A stretch of DNA of 64,000 nucleotides, taken from contig MU004231.1 in assembly GCA_010405405.1 (NCBI GenBank), positions 3,646,884 through 3,710,883 of the forward strand, in the 5' to 3' direction. The notes below the pieces were generated by a model. The model was not told where the DNA came from. It ran no database searches and saw only the letters and a list, made by a program, of their open reading frames with translations. Positions 30,436 to 43,945 of this stretch are shown here, in pieces. Position 1 is the first letter of the stretch. Every line of letters begins with the position of its first letter. Both the position numbers and the translations under genes were made by a program. This stretch comes from Microthyrium microscopicum. Lineage: Eukaryota.

Positions 30436-33400
30436 TCTAGTAGTAATAATTTAATTTAATTAGGACTTCTAAATAATAAACCTTTTATAGAAATCTTTAG
30501 ATTTACCTTATTACTAATAATTACTTAGGATTAATATCTAGCAAAATATACTCTAAGAATATTATTCTCTAATTAGCTAGCCTTATTATAGCTTAATACC
30601 TAGTAACTATATATTAGAAAATAATTCTTAGAATATTATATATAATAATATTTCTTACTATAATATATTCTAAAAATATCTTAAATTATTATTAATTTAA
30701 ACTACTACTTTAAGAATTATTAAATATATTATAAGAATTATCTCTCTTATAATAATACTCTCTTTATCTTTACTAATCTTTATTATATTAATTATATAGT
30801 TATTAGACAAAATATAGGAACTTTTCCTTAGAAAATTCCTTAGAATAATATTATAAGAACTTTACTATATAGATTAAAGCTAATAAATAATAACGTAAAC
30901 TCTTAGCCTTAGGTTATCTTAAGAAATTAAATTAAGATTTTATTTATACTAAAGAAGTATAAAAATCTATCTTAGAATAATCTCTTAACTCTAGATTCTA
31001 TTTAATTAACTTTAGTATAAAAACTTTTAAACTTTAAGACTCTTTTCCTACTTTACTAAGATTATACTTTTTATTAAAATTATTACTCTTCTTTACTAAA
31101 ATAAATAACTAGTATAATAATATTATAACCTAAGCTATAGAATAAAATACCTAATAAGTATAATACTAAGCCTAAGTTACTAACTTAAGTTCTTAGAATA
31201 AGTAACTTACTTCTATATTACTAAATAACTTTCTTAGTATACTAAATCTTAATCTTAACCTTATAACTTAAGTTATTAACGTTTAGTAATTAGGGCTTTA
31301 AGTTTTAAACTATTCTACTAATATATATTAAGTTAATTCTTAAATTATTAACTATCCTTCTACTAAACTATAAATTCTCTTTTAGGCTTAGAATTATACT
31401 CTTAAGGAACCTAACTATATTCTCTAAGCCTATAATTAAACTTTTTAATATAATAATAATAAAAATTAATAGTCTATAAATAGGCTTATTTCTCTTTAAG
31501 AAGTATTATTTTACTTTACTACTAATAGATAAGTTAAATAAGATTATAGCTCTAAACTTATAAAAGACGTCTAATATACTTAGTAATAGAAAATAGTAAA
31601 TTATATTACTAAATTAACTTTTTGCCTTAATATAAGTAAGTTAACTTTATATACTTAAGATTACTAAGTAAATAAAATTAAGGCTTATATCTAGACTTAA
31701 GCTTTAATTTAGAAAACTTTATAAATAGGTATTACTTACCTAAACTTTATAAGAAAGCTAAGTAAAGAGTTAAATAAAACTATTAAATTACTTTTCTAAA
31801 TTTTTAGTCTTTAAAAACTTATTAAGATAATAAGAGATATTCTTTAAGAATAGAGATAATATTTAACTAAGTTTAAGATACTTCTTAATAGTTTATTCTT
31901 TAGGAAATTAAGTAAGTATAATACTTAGGCTAAGAGCCTTCTTTATACTTTTAAGACTAATAAAGATATTCTTTTATTAAATTTTACTTTATCTAAGTAG
32001 TAAAAAATTACTAAGATTAAAGAATATTTCTTTATTAAGTAACGTTTCCTATAAGCTAACTTAGCCTAGTAATAAGCTATAGAGAAGTTTAAGATACTTA
32101 AAAGTTTATTTTACTTCTTTACTTACTTTTAACTTATATTTAGTATTAAAAAAGATATACTTAAAGTTAATATTTAGTAAAATTATATATTATAAGTTTT
32201 ATTTACTAAGAAATTTATCTATTATCTTTATATTCTATAAACTTAAATAAATCCTATATCTACTAATTATAAAATAAGTATCTAAATCTAAAAAGGCCTT
32301 AAAGAATAGGTTACTCTTAAAGCTAAGTATAAGTATAGTATTATTCTTAACTCTATAGTTAATATTTTAGCCTTTAAATAAGAGATTATTAAATATAATA
32401 TAAACTTCTATAAGAATATATATAATACTTATAGTACTTATAAGCTAAAGTAACTTAATAAAATCTTTTCTAATTTTAAGAAAAATAAAGAGCTTATCCT
32501 AAATACTAGTTTTAAAGAATATTTTAAAAAAGTTAATAGTAATAGCTATATTAATAATAAGCTTAAGTTAGATAATAAAAATTTAAGGTAGCTTAATACT
32601 ATAAATAGCTATAGTTACTATTCTAAAAGATAATATAATACTTAATACTTTAGAAAATTTAACTTTAATAAAAAGTTATAGCTCTCTTATAAAAAGGACT
32701 CTAAAGATAAAAAAGCTTTTATAAATAACTTTAAACTTAAGTACTAAAATTATAGTAAACTTAGCTACTATACTATAGATTATAAAAAGCCTAACTAGTA
32801 ATAATAAAATTTAAAAAATTATTATTACTAGAAGATAAATAGAAATCTTCTAGCTTAGAATTAGAATACTTTACTTATTTATATAATAATTAATAAGCTT
32901 TTCTTAACTATATAAGTAAATATAGTAATACTTTTTTATATTTACTTATTTACTTATATTATAAAAATTATTCTATTAAGACTATAGCTTTCTTAGACTT
33001 AAAAGCTAATTTTATTTATATTAGTTAAAAGATTATTAAGAAACTTAAAGCTTTTATAATACTTATCTTAAAGAAAGAAGTTACTCTTATAAATAGCTAT
33101 ATAGTTATAATTTCTCTTAAGATTTATTTACTTTATTATATTAGGACCTTTTATAGCTACTTTAAGGCTTATATCCTAAATATTCTTAATCTTAATATTA
33201 TTTTTAGACTCTTATAGTTCTAGTTATATAATCTATAGATTAATTAAATAATAAGATAAATTAAGCTTATAAAGTAATACTTAGAAGGCTCTTATACTTA
33301 TAAGCTTACTATAGGACGCTAGGTAGAGCTTTTTTAAAATAAGAAAAGCTATTTAAAATAAATAAAGTAATTTATAACTAGCTTTCTTTATATAATCTTT

Positions 33401-36400
33401 TAAGTACTTTAGAATAGAGTAAAAAGAGTAAAAAATAAAGTTAAAGGCGTTTTTTAGCTAATTTAAGAAATATAAGAATAGCTTAATATTTTCTTAATAA
33501 TTAATAACCTTAATATTAATAAACTTATTCTAAAAAATAAAGATATATAAAAACTTTTAAATAATTACTATAAGTCTTTTTATTATATTCTTCCTAAACT
33601 TTTACTATATTCTAAATTTAATTACGAAATCTTTATTAAGAACACTCCTCTTTATAACTAGGCTTATTATTAAATATCTAGCCTATAATTAGAAAAGTAA
33701 GAAAAATAGATTTAAGAACTATTTACTAAAGGACTTATTAGAGTTTTAGGAAGTCCTTAGAATTTCTCTATTTTATTTATATTAAAGCTAAGAGAAAAAT
33801 AAAAAATATATATTAACTACTATTTACTTAATATAGTTATATATAAAGATACTTATTCTTTATTATAGATTAATAAGTATCTTAATACTATTAGTAAAGT
33901 AAAATTCTTTTCTAAGCTTAACCTCTTATTAGACTATTAATAAGTCTATATAGTAAAAAAAGATATTAAGAAAATAATCTTTAATACTAAGTTTAGGAAG
34001 TATAAGTTTCTTATTATACTTTTTAAATTAATAAATATATTATTATTTTTCTAATATATAATAAATATACTTCTTTAGCTTTTTTTATTAATCTACGTAG
34101 TTATTTATCTAAATAATATTATTATTTACTTAAATACTATAAAGGAATATTATAAATATATTACCTAAGTTCTAAAAATCTTTTAAGATAATAAGCTCTA
34201 TACTTATTCTAATAAATATATCTTTAAGGTTAAGAAGATTAAATTCTATAGCTATAAAGTAGAAAGTTAGTAAATTTAATCCTTATATAAAAAGATTATT
34301 TTAATTAAGTCCTAGCTTATATTTAAGAATATATATAAAGTATATTAATTCTTTAGTTTTACCTTATATTATTAATAGTATATTAAGAACTTTACTAAGA
34401 TTACTACTCTTATCTTTAACTTCTTAAAGAAAGCTAATTTAGATATTAAGAAAAAGAAGTACTATCTTATTACTTAGACTTATTAATATACTATAGCCTT
34501 TAATAGAATTAAAACTTTATTAACCTTATTACTTATTTTAGTAGTATATAATTTATAAAAGTTTATAAAGCTTTAGATAAATACTTTAGATTATATAATT
34601 AGTTATAAGCTAGTATAAAAAAATAATTAAAGTAAATAGTATTTAGTTACTTTTAATAGCTATAAGTTAAGTAAAGCTAAACTTAATTATCTAGTATATA
34701 AGAAAAAACTTTTTATAATTAAGAATATAATTAAAAGATATTAATACTACTTCTTAAGAAAGACTATTAAAGTAATTATAAATTATAATAGCTTATAGTA
34801 TATAAATATAATTAAGAATAATACTTAATATATTACTTAATAAATTAAAAAGTTCTAAGAATTTAATCTTATTTTTATATATTATAAAGGTTCCTAAGTA
34901 GTAATTCTTAATACTCTTAGTTACTACTTAAACTTTTAAAAAGAATAGATTAATACTATTTAGGAAATAGAGCCTAAAGATAGTAATAATAACTTATCTT
35001 TTAAGATATAAGCTATCTTATTAGAACCTTTATAAAAGTAAAAAAAATAGAAAGCTTTCTATATATAGAGCTTATAAGAAGTATTAAAAAAGAAAGATTA
35101 TACTATTTCTATTAATATATAGAAAAAACTCTAAAAAAGTATTCTTAATTATTTTTAGATTAATCCTAATAATAATATTAGAAAAAAACGTAAATATCTA
35201 TTCTTAGAAAAAGATTCTACTAAAGCTAAAATACTTACTAGTTTATTCTATATTTACTTTCTTTATTATTAAGACCTTATTAAGAAAGTATATAATTAGT
35301 ATAGATACTTATTATATATAGGCTTTACTAATATCCTTAAACTAGAAGGTTAGTAGCTAAAAATAGAGAATAACTTTTAAGAATTTACTAAGTTTTATTT
35401 TATATATTAAGTTTAATAGATAAATTAAAGTAAGCCTAAATATAGGTCTTACTATTAAGTATAAAACTTATAGCTATTTAAGGCTTAGAGAATTAACTTA
35501 ATTAGTAAACTTTTATAGAATATTTTTAGAAACTAGTATATTATCTATATAATTAACTATACTATAGAATAACTTATTATAAAAGTAGTACTAAATACTA
35601 CTACTTTTATAGTTATAGAATTTATCTATAAGAAAATTATTTTAAAATATAGTTTTTTTTAATTATTAATCTTAAATAATAAACCTTAGTTTATTTTAGA
35701 TATAATCTTATTTTTATTATAATAGATAAAGACTAAGTACTACTTAATAGCTTTATATAATTCCTAGTTTAATAAAAAGATTAAGAGATTTAATAGCCTA
35801 TTAGGTATATTTTTAACTAAGTTCTTAGAAAAGAAACTTATAGCTAGCTAAGATCTATACCTAGATTAAGTAGTTTATACTATTAAGATATAAGCTTATA
35901 CTATATTAGAAATATCTTCTTTCTTTCTTATCTATAAGAAAAATTCTAAGGACTTTAAAATAGATTAAGTAAAAAAAGATAAATAGGCTAAATTAATTAA
36001 TACTATACCTTTTATTTATATAATTACTAAAGATTACTTAAAAAAGGTTAGAATTACTAAGTAAGTTTATTATAATACTCTATTAAAATAAACTATAGCC
36101 TTAAACCTTATTAATAGTAATATAATTTTAAAAGAGGACTTTATTATTAAGTTCTTTATAGGTTCTTATATACTTCTTAAAAACTTAAATAAAACTAAGT
36201 TCTAAGTAGTATAATTTAGCTCTTATAAAGTCTTAAAAGCCTACTTCTTAAGAATATACGCTCTTAAGATACTTAATAGAAAAATACTTAAAAACCTTAT
36301 TTATAAGAATTACTTTATATAGATATATATATAGAAAAAAAAAAATATTATTACTAGAACTAGTTATATTCTAAGTATAAGTAACTAAATAAAGATAACC

Positions 36401-39400
36401 TTAAAAACGTTTTAAATAAAAAGTATAGAAATAAGATAAATATATCTACTATAACTAAAAAAGACTAGCTTAATAAATTAAAGAATCTTTTAGTAGAGTT
36501 AATTAATATTAAGAAGTCTAGTACTAAGAAATATTACTTAAGTCTACTTACTATCTTTTTTAATCTTATAAGAAAAGTTTAAAAAGCTAAAATAGGTATT
36601 TATAAATAAAAAAAGAAATATTTTATAATAATTATTTATAACTTAAGTAATAACTTAGAGACTCTTATAGCGTTAGAATATATTCTTTCTAACCTAATTC
36701 TAGCTTTAGTATAAAGTAATTTAGAATAGATAAAGTAAATTATATAGAAGATAGAATATTCTATAGTACTATAAGATTTAGTAAAAAAGAAGAATAATAA
36801 TATTCTTACTTTCCTAAATTAAAGCTTAGTAAAGAAGGAAATCTTTCTAACTATAGTAGATTAAGAATTAATTTTTATATTATTAGAATAATAAGAGTAG
36901 AGAAATAAATTATTAAAACTAAGGAGCTATAATAAAATTACTACTTTAATTATCTATATACTTATACTAAAAATAATAGATCTATATAAATAAGTATTTA
37001 ATTCTAGAGAGAACTATTAAGATATTAATTCTTTATTACTAGATACTATAAAAGTAGAAGTTCTTCTTATAGATTACTTTAAACTTAGTCTACTATAAGA
37101 AATAGATATAACTAAAGAATTCTTATAGAATACTAATATATTTAGGCTAACTATAATACTTAGTAGTTCTATATATTCTAATACTAGTCTATAATATTTA
37201 GGATTAGGATAAAGATAGTAAAAGGCTACTTCTAAATAAAAGATTATTTTACGTATAAATATAGGTAAGGTACTTATAAAAAAAAAAAGAAAAATTAACT
37301 TTTTATTATCTTTTTTATAATCTTTCCTAATTATATTTATTTAAAAAACTAGTTATAAGAAATTACTTTTATTTTATTATTAATTTAAGTAAACTATTAT
37401 AAGCTATAATAAATAAGCTAAATCCTTAGATCTTTTTAGTAATCTCTAAAACTATTACTAAAGATATTTAAATATAATAAGTTATTTTTAAATCTCTTTA
37501 ATAATTCTTAAGACTATTATTAAAGTCTACCCTTTAATAAACTAATAAAATAAGACTAAGAAATATAAGAATATTAAAGAATTATTACTATATATCTTAC
37601 TATAATCCTATAAAGTTCTATCTTTTTAAGACTTATACTTACTTCTTCTTTTTATTTTCTAAAAGCTTTACTTAGGCTACTAATTTTATAGTAATTTTAG
37701 CTATTCTAAAGTATTCTTTATTAATTAGTAACTTAAAAATACTAAGAAAAATAGATAACTAAATAATAATAGAATTTAGACCTTTCTTTTAATTCTATAG
37801 TAAGATATAGTCTTTATAGAATAAATAAGTTTAAAGCTTACTATTAAATATATAATTAGTATAGATACTATTTAGGAAAAAAGCTTTATTTTTCTTATAT
37901 ATACTAATAATATACTTATTATAAGTATAGACTTATAATAAGTCTTAGTAATACTTATAAGCCTTTTTCTACTTTCTTTCTATAGTTATATATATTATAA
38001 AAGTCTTTAAATAAGAAAATAATAATAAGATATTCTTAATTAAAAGTAAAGTACTTAGATACTAATAAATTCTTTACTAAGGTATAAGTATTAGAATATT
38101 AGTAATCTTTATTAGAATACTTCTATCTTTTTAATAATACTTTAAAAGCTAGAAAAGTAATTTCTAAGTTACTTTCTTTTTTAAAAGTTTAATATCCTTA
38201 AAGGTAGAATACTAGTTAGAGTTTAGAAACTTAATTTACTTCTCTTAATAATTTATACTCTTTTTAGTAATTAGTCTTACTATATTTATATAACTATATA
38301 TAGTAAATAGCTCTTTTAGAATTACTATTAAGCTTACTTTATATTTATACTTCTAAAGTCTTACTTACTTTAACTTTTATTTATATTTATTATATATAGC
38401 TTTAGTAGTTTTAATATACTTATAAGTATCTTTTAAGCTTTTATTAGTAAAGACTAGTTAATCTTTATAATCTTTTATTTTTTACTTTATAAACTCTTAG
38501 TATTTTACTAAGTTTATTAACTTCTTTTTAATAGCTTTATACTTATAAGTTAAAACTATTATAGAAGTCTTAGTATAGAACTTATATACTTATAATAAGT
38601 TAAAAAGTATAGAAATTTTATACTTAGCTTTATAATTACTTTCTAATAAGTCTAGACTTTTTATTATATACGTTAATCTTTAAGTAGAAGTATTATTAAT
38701 AGAAATTATTTAATAAGATATTCTTAGTATTATAAAAAGTATTAAAAACTTATAGTAAGAATAAGAGATATTATTAAAAATATTACTAAAGAGATCTTCT
38801 TTCTCTTTATTAGCCTCTAGGATTTAGTTAATTAGCTAGAAACTTATAGAATAAGAATAATACTTAACTAAATTATAAACTAATTCTATAAGAGTTTTCT
38901 TATAACTTAGTAAAAAAGATAGAACTTTAGTCTTAACCTTTTTATATAAATAGGTTATATAAAGTAAAGGCTACTTCTACTTATCCTTCTTTAGAGTATT
39001 AATAATCTTTTAATAAGTACCTAAATAAGAAGAGTTTTCCTTATTAGACTTCTAAGAGCTACCTTTCTTTAAAGTACTTAAAAAAGTTATTTTAAGAACC
39101 TTAGAAAGTATAAATAGTAAGTTTTAAGTAAGAAAAATATATAAAGTTACTTATATTTAATAATATTAGAAGTATAAGAAGAAATCTATTTCTATTAGCT
39201 TAAAAGTATTATAAAAGTATAATAAAGAAGAAGAAGAGAAAATAATAGATTATAAAGCTTTATAAATATAAGATTAGGCTTTTATTTCTATATTTACTTA
39301 GACTAGTAATTACTACTTAGTTCTTTATTACTATCTATATATTACTTCTTATAAATTTTACTCTTTAAGACTTTAATATATAGATTATACTTATTCCTTA

Positions 39401-39687
39401 CTAAATTAAGTAGCCTTAGTATACTTATATAGATAAACTTTTCTAAAGGAATTAAAGGGCTATAAATACCTAAGTGCTATTTATAATAACTTAACTAAGA
39501 TCTTAAGGAAAGTTCTTAGGAAATAATATCTTAGAGGTTACTATTTAATATAACTAGGGTAATAAACCTAGTTCTTAAGTAAAGGTTCCTTATTAGTTAT
39601 TATAATATTCTTTTTATTTTACTTATTTATTAAAGCTATAGCTATAAGATTTATAATCTTAAAAGAGTTTACGCTAGTAAGAGAGAA

Positions 39688-39839
39688 TATTATAATAAAG
39701 AATATGCTAAGGAATTAGATAATTATAGGACCTAATTAGGGATAATATAATTTCCTAATTAGCGTGTCCTAAAAACTATATTAGGCCCTTAGACTCTCGT
39801 AGTAATTAACCACGCTTTATTTCTCATATTCTTGCAACA
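39688..39839 (+). repeat. 3' LTR (152 bp)
   Basis: Ends ...GCAACA (canonical CA end) and is followed by the TSD AGAGC. Confidence 0.93.
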
Positions 39840-39927
39840 AGAGCCCTGCTGATTGGTCAAAGCTCACCTCACCACCAACTCCATCTCCAGATCCTCGAGT
39901 CCAAAATCTCCAAGAACTGGCCATGCT

Positions 39928-40864
39928 ATGCGCCCAAATCTTCTACCACGACTATCATTTTGGTACCAACATTCCTCTATTTCCGCGGCCTCCGTATTAA
40001 ACTCATACCGCTTCATTCACCCCGCAATACCCTCATACGCCTTCACCACATTCGCAAACCCAAAAACAAAACCCGCCCACCTTCAAACGGCACGCTTTCT
40101 CTCCACGATGCCTCCAACAGAACCCCACAGAGGCCCAAAGCCAATCGTGATCTCCGGTCCAAGCGGCTCAGGCAAAAGCACCATCACCAATCGCCTCATC
40201 GCTGCCTACCCAGACCGCTTCATGTTCTCCGTCTCTCGTACGTGCCCAAAAGCTCCCAGATAACTACACCTTTGAAAGACTACACCAATACATTTCTCGG
40301 CCGAAAGCTTACGAGTACGTAGACACAACCCGCCGTCCACGGTCCGGCGAAGTCCCCGGCCAACACTACTACTTTCTAACCCGCGATCAATTCGACAAGC
40401 TCATTGCAGAAGGTGGATTCATTGAACACGCTGAGTTTAGCGGTAACAAGTACGGCACTAGCTATATGGCTGTACAAGCTGCGCAGGATGCGGGCAAGAC
40501 TTGTATTCTTGATATTGAAATGGAGGTATATACATTCCCCCATCACTAATTCCCTACCAACCTATGCTACACCCTTCCATAACCATGAAGCTTCAGCTGA
40601 CGAGTCCACCAGGGCGTAAAACAAATGCACAACTCCCACCTCCAAGCCCGCTACCTCTTCCTCTCACCGCCATCCTACGAAGAGCTCGAGAAACGGCTAC
40701 GCGGCCGAGGAACAGATAAAGAGGAGGATATTCAGAAACGGCTGAAGCAGGCGAAGACGGAGATGGAGTATGCGGAGACGGAAGGTGTGCATGATAAAAA
40801 GGTGGTTAATGATGACTTGGAGAAGGCGTATAAGGAAGTTGAGGAGTTTTGTTTGGCTGAATAA
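39928..40864 (+). CDS. GUK1: Guanylate kinase; exons 39928 (or 40108)-40237, 40323-40525, 40613-40864
   Basis: [15 protein letters not shown]-loop, [56 protein letters not shown] and VNDDLE. Introns 85 and 87 nt. The start codon is ambiguous (two in-frame ATGs). Confidence 0.92.
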
Positions 40865-41479
40865 GCTTTGGTTGAGTACATAGGGATAGCAGATATCAGG
40901 GCGGTAGCGCTGTTGCTGGTTTGGAACGGTGACGATGGCTATGAGGTTTGGCAGCATATTTATGAGTTGATGAGAAGCATCAAGGGGAGTAGAGTATGTT
41001 GTTAAAATGGATTGGATTGATAGAGCACAGCGAACATATTATGCATATACTGTTATATTGTGTTGATGATGTCTAGTTGGTTCAAGCACCTCTGCATCAG
41101 TCAATGTATAAAAACTTTGAAATGTAAAACATTTCATTCTTGTAGTCAAGGGGCAAGAGAAGACTCGTGGCGAGGAATTATCACGCTTCTGATGAAGAAC
41201 GTCGCTAATGTTGCTAGAAGGAAACCAACCACTACGATATCGTGACTGAGCTCTGATTAATCCTGCGATACCAGCTTCTGGAAGCCACAAGAAAGCAGAA
41301 TGACGATGCTTGAACAAGTTGAAGATGCTTCCTGAAGAGATTTGTGGTTTGGTCGACTTGCTCAGGCATCAGCATTTTTGGCCAAGGTTGAAGGTTTGCT
41401 CATGATCGTAAGAACAGCAAAGTCTTCCGCTCTTGAAGACAGCACATTTTCTATAAGAGAGGTCTCTCCGTCCTATTTT

Positions 41480-42120
41480 TTGAATAAACCACAGACAATA
41501 CTCTCTCACACAAATTACTCGAGTCTCAGTACTGACTCTCAAAACACATCACCACACCCGACATCAAGCTATTTGAGCTTCACAGTCAAAAACACAACAA
41601 CAAAACAGTAAGTTACAAATGATCCTCAAAGTGTCATAATATGCAAGGTGTCCGGTCCTACTCTTATCAACTACAGTGCCTGTTACAATAATCCAAATCG
41701 ACCTGCAGCTTTCATCCCATCGTCAACTCGTACGCATCCAACATAATAGATATAAATGGAAGCTGCACTTCGATCTGACAGCCATTGTATTTTGAAGGGA
41801 TTATCATCGAAGCAGCTCGATTAACTCGATACCAGAGAGCATACTAACTTTCAAACAGACCTTCAGTGTCGTATAATGTCATTACGTCCACTTATTCAGC
41901 TGAGCCTGAGCACTGCTTTCCTACTCACGCCTCAGCCAACCTGCACTATACCCTAGAGCGCGAGAAAGTACACGCAGCTTGGCAAGCCGATCTTAACGAA
42001 AGACGGACAGAAGGTGAGAAGGACTCTGCGATGAGAAAGCAAGGGCAGCAGCAGTTCAAGACAGATAAAAAGGATACACCAGCTATGGGATTTGGTGGAC
42101 ATGATGGGCGTGTTGCGTGA
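41480..42120 (+). other. Candidate orphan spliced transcript (intron 41608-41858) with only a short or interrupted ORF; ends approximate
   Basis: CA-rich ATG-free leader, GTAAGT at 41608, TACTAAC at 41842, CAG ending 41858. ATG at 41876 opens 26 codons before a TAG. Confidence 0.45.
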
Positions 42121-43945
42121 TAGATAGATGACCTAATATAGAAAGGTTACCTTGTAGTCGATGGAACAGACATTGATTAGGTACCAATGTAGTAGAGAAA
42201 GAAAACATCCATTACTTCATATGCCAGAAAGAAACTGGAGCCAGAGAGGTATTGGTTCGGACAAAGAATGTCAGATATGCTGCCTAGCAGCTTGGCCTTC
42301 TTCTATCGTGACTATGCTATGCCAAGTTGTCTTTTCCAAGCTTTTGATACTATTCAGTAAAGAAGAGTCATCATCGCTAAGTAGAAAATTCGGCAGTGAT
42401 TCGTCCTGTAAAATACTAATGCGGTGGACTCGCTCGGACACAAAGTACCCAGAGCCATAGAGAAATTGCTCATGATCATGGAAACTTCAGAGGCTACCCA
42501 CTGTTCAAAACATCACACTTGCAATAAATAGCGCTGCTCTCGTCGAATTCAGCAACTAACAGATCAAGCCACTACTGCATCTTAACTCTACACAACACCC
42601 ACACAAATCACTCAAGTCTCATTTCCGACTTGATAAAAACACCATACTATACCAAGCAGCCGAAGGCGGTCAAATTAAGCAGAGAACGCACAAAATAACC
42701 GTAACAGTGATCTAATAATTTGACAAAGAAGTACAACAATGCCACTCCCAACTCGAAGCATGGCCCTTATCACAGCACTGGACGATTCCTGGTGTTCAAA
42801 CACTTCTCAACGACCAGAGAGAGCCAATGACAAAGAGAGGAACAGCAATGTGGCAGGTGCAAGCAGATGAAGAACGATGCGCAAGCTGGTGGCACGAAGA
42901 CGTGCGATAAGTGTGCTGCGTGCAGGAAGTGATGGAACAATTCGGAAGGATGTTTGATAAAAGAGGCATTAGAGAATGTTGATGCAGAAAGGGTTGGTAT
43001 GGAAATAAGGGTTCTTCTCATTCAGAGTTGATGGAACATCATCGTTTGGATAGAGAAAGTACGATATATGCGCTCACTAAGAGAGAATAAGACCAATGGT
43101 ATGAGTAGCTTGAAGTATTCTGTTAAGTCTATATGGATAAAGCGTACCTAACAACGCATTTGAACCGCGCAAACAATGCCATCAAAAAAAGATCGTGCGC
43201 AAGAAAAACACAAGGCACAACCGCCGCAATCCAAAAAGTTCAACAGGTACTAGTATCTAGTCGTAGGTATCACAGCTCAGACCAACTAAACACAGCTCAA
43301 GAGTGAGACACGTTCCAAGAGCTTTTGTCCAACAAAAAACGGGCTCATAGAGCTTCCACACCACCGCAAGTTGGGACGCAGCGTCGTTGAATTCGTCATC
43401 ATCGTGAATGTCCTCCTCGCTCGCGTGTGGCGAAGTGATAGGAAAGAAGGGAGCTATCCTTTGCCATAATGAATAGGCTTGGATACGTCAACAATATGCA
43501 AGATTTTCAAAATAGAAGACTGCTGATATTGATGATTTCCCGGGTATGAACATAGCAGGGTATGAATGCTTCTTTTGAACGCCAAGAGCGTGCGATGGTT
43601 GGATATGGGATATGTTGAACGTCGCTTCAATGCTGGTGAAAAAATTTGCCTCCGTGGTTTGAAGATTAATAAAAATATAACTAGGGATTTTTGGAAAAGC
43701 CAGGGATTTGCAAGGCCTCGATGAAGACACTTGCATAAACGGATTACCAGCTTGAAATGCATTGGATGCAGCATGGTACTTGGGTTTGTGGAATTCCTTG
43801 TCTTTGGCACGTTGAAAATGACTTGTGGAATCTTCTCAGGGCGTTGAAGCTGAATGCAAGGTTCGCTGCTTTTGGTTGCTTTAGGACGAGCATACGAAGG
43901 GTTGGTTTGCGCGCGATGGACTGTTGTCCAAGTTGTCGTATGTCC

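Larger units (their letters stand above)
30284..39839 (+). mobile_element. Full-length RIP-inactivated Ty3/gypsy LTR retrotransposon (9556 bp), 5-bp TSD AGAGC (30279-30283 and 39840-39844)
   Basis: Direct 152-bp terminal repeats flanked by an identical AGAGC. Reversing RIP transitions by eye recovers RT motifs (F.TKFG.YEF.VMPFGL at ~33980-34035, V.IYLDD at ~34097-34117), then RNase H (TDAS-like, ~34575) and integrase (W.IDL ~35487, P.SNG..ERFN ~35760) in gypsy order. Purine tract just before the 3' LTR. Confidence 0.92.
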
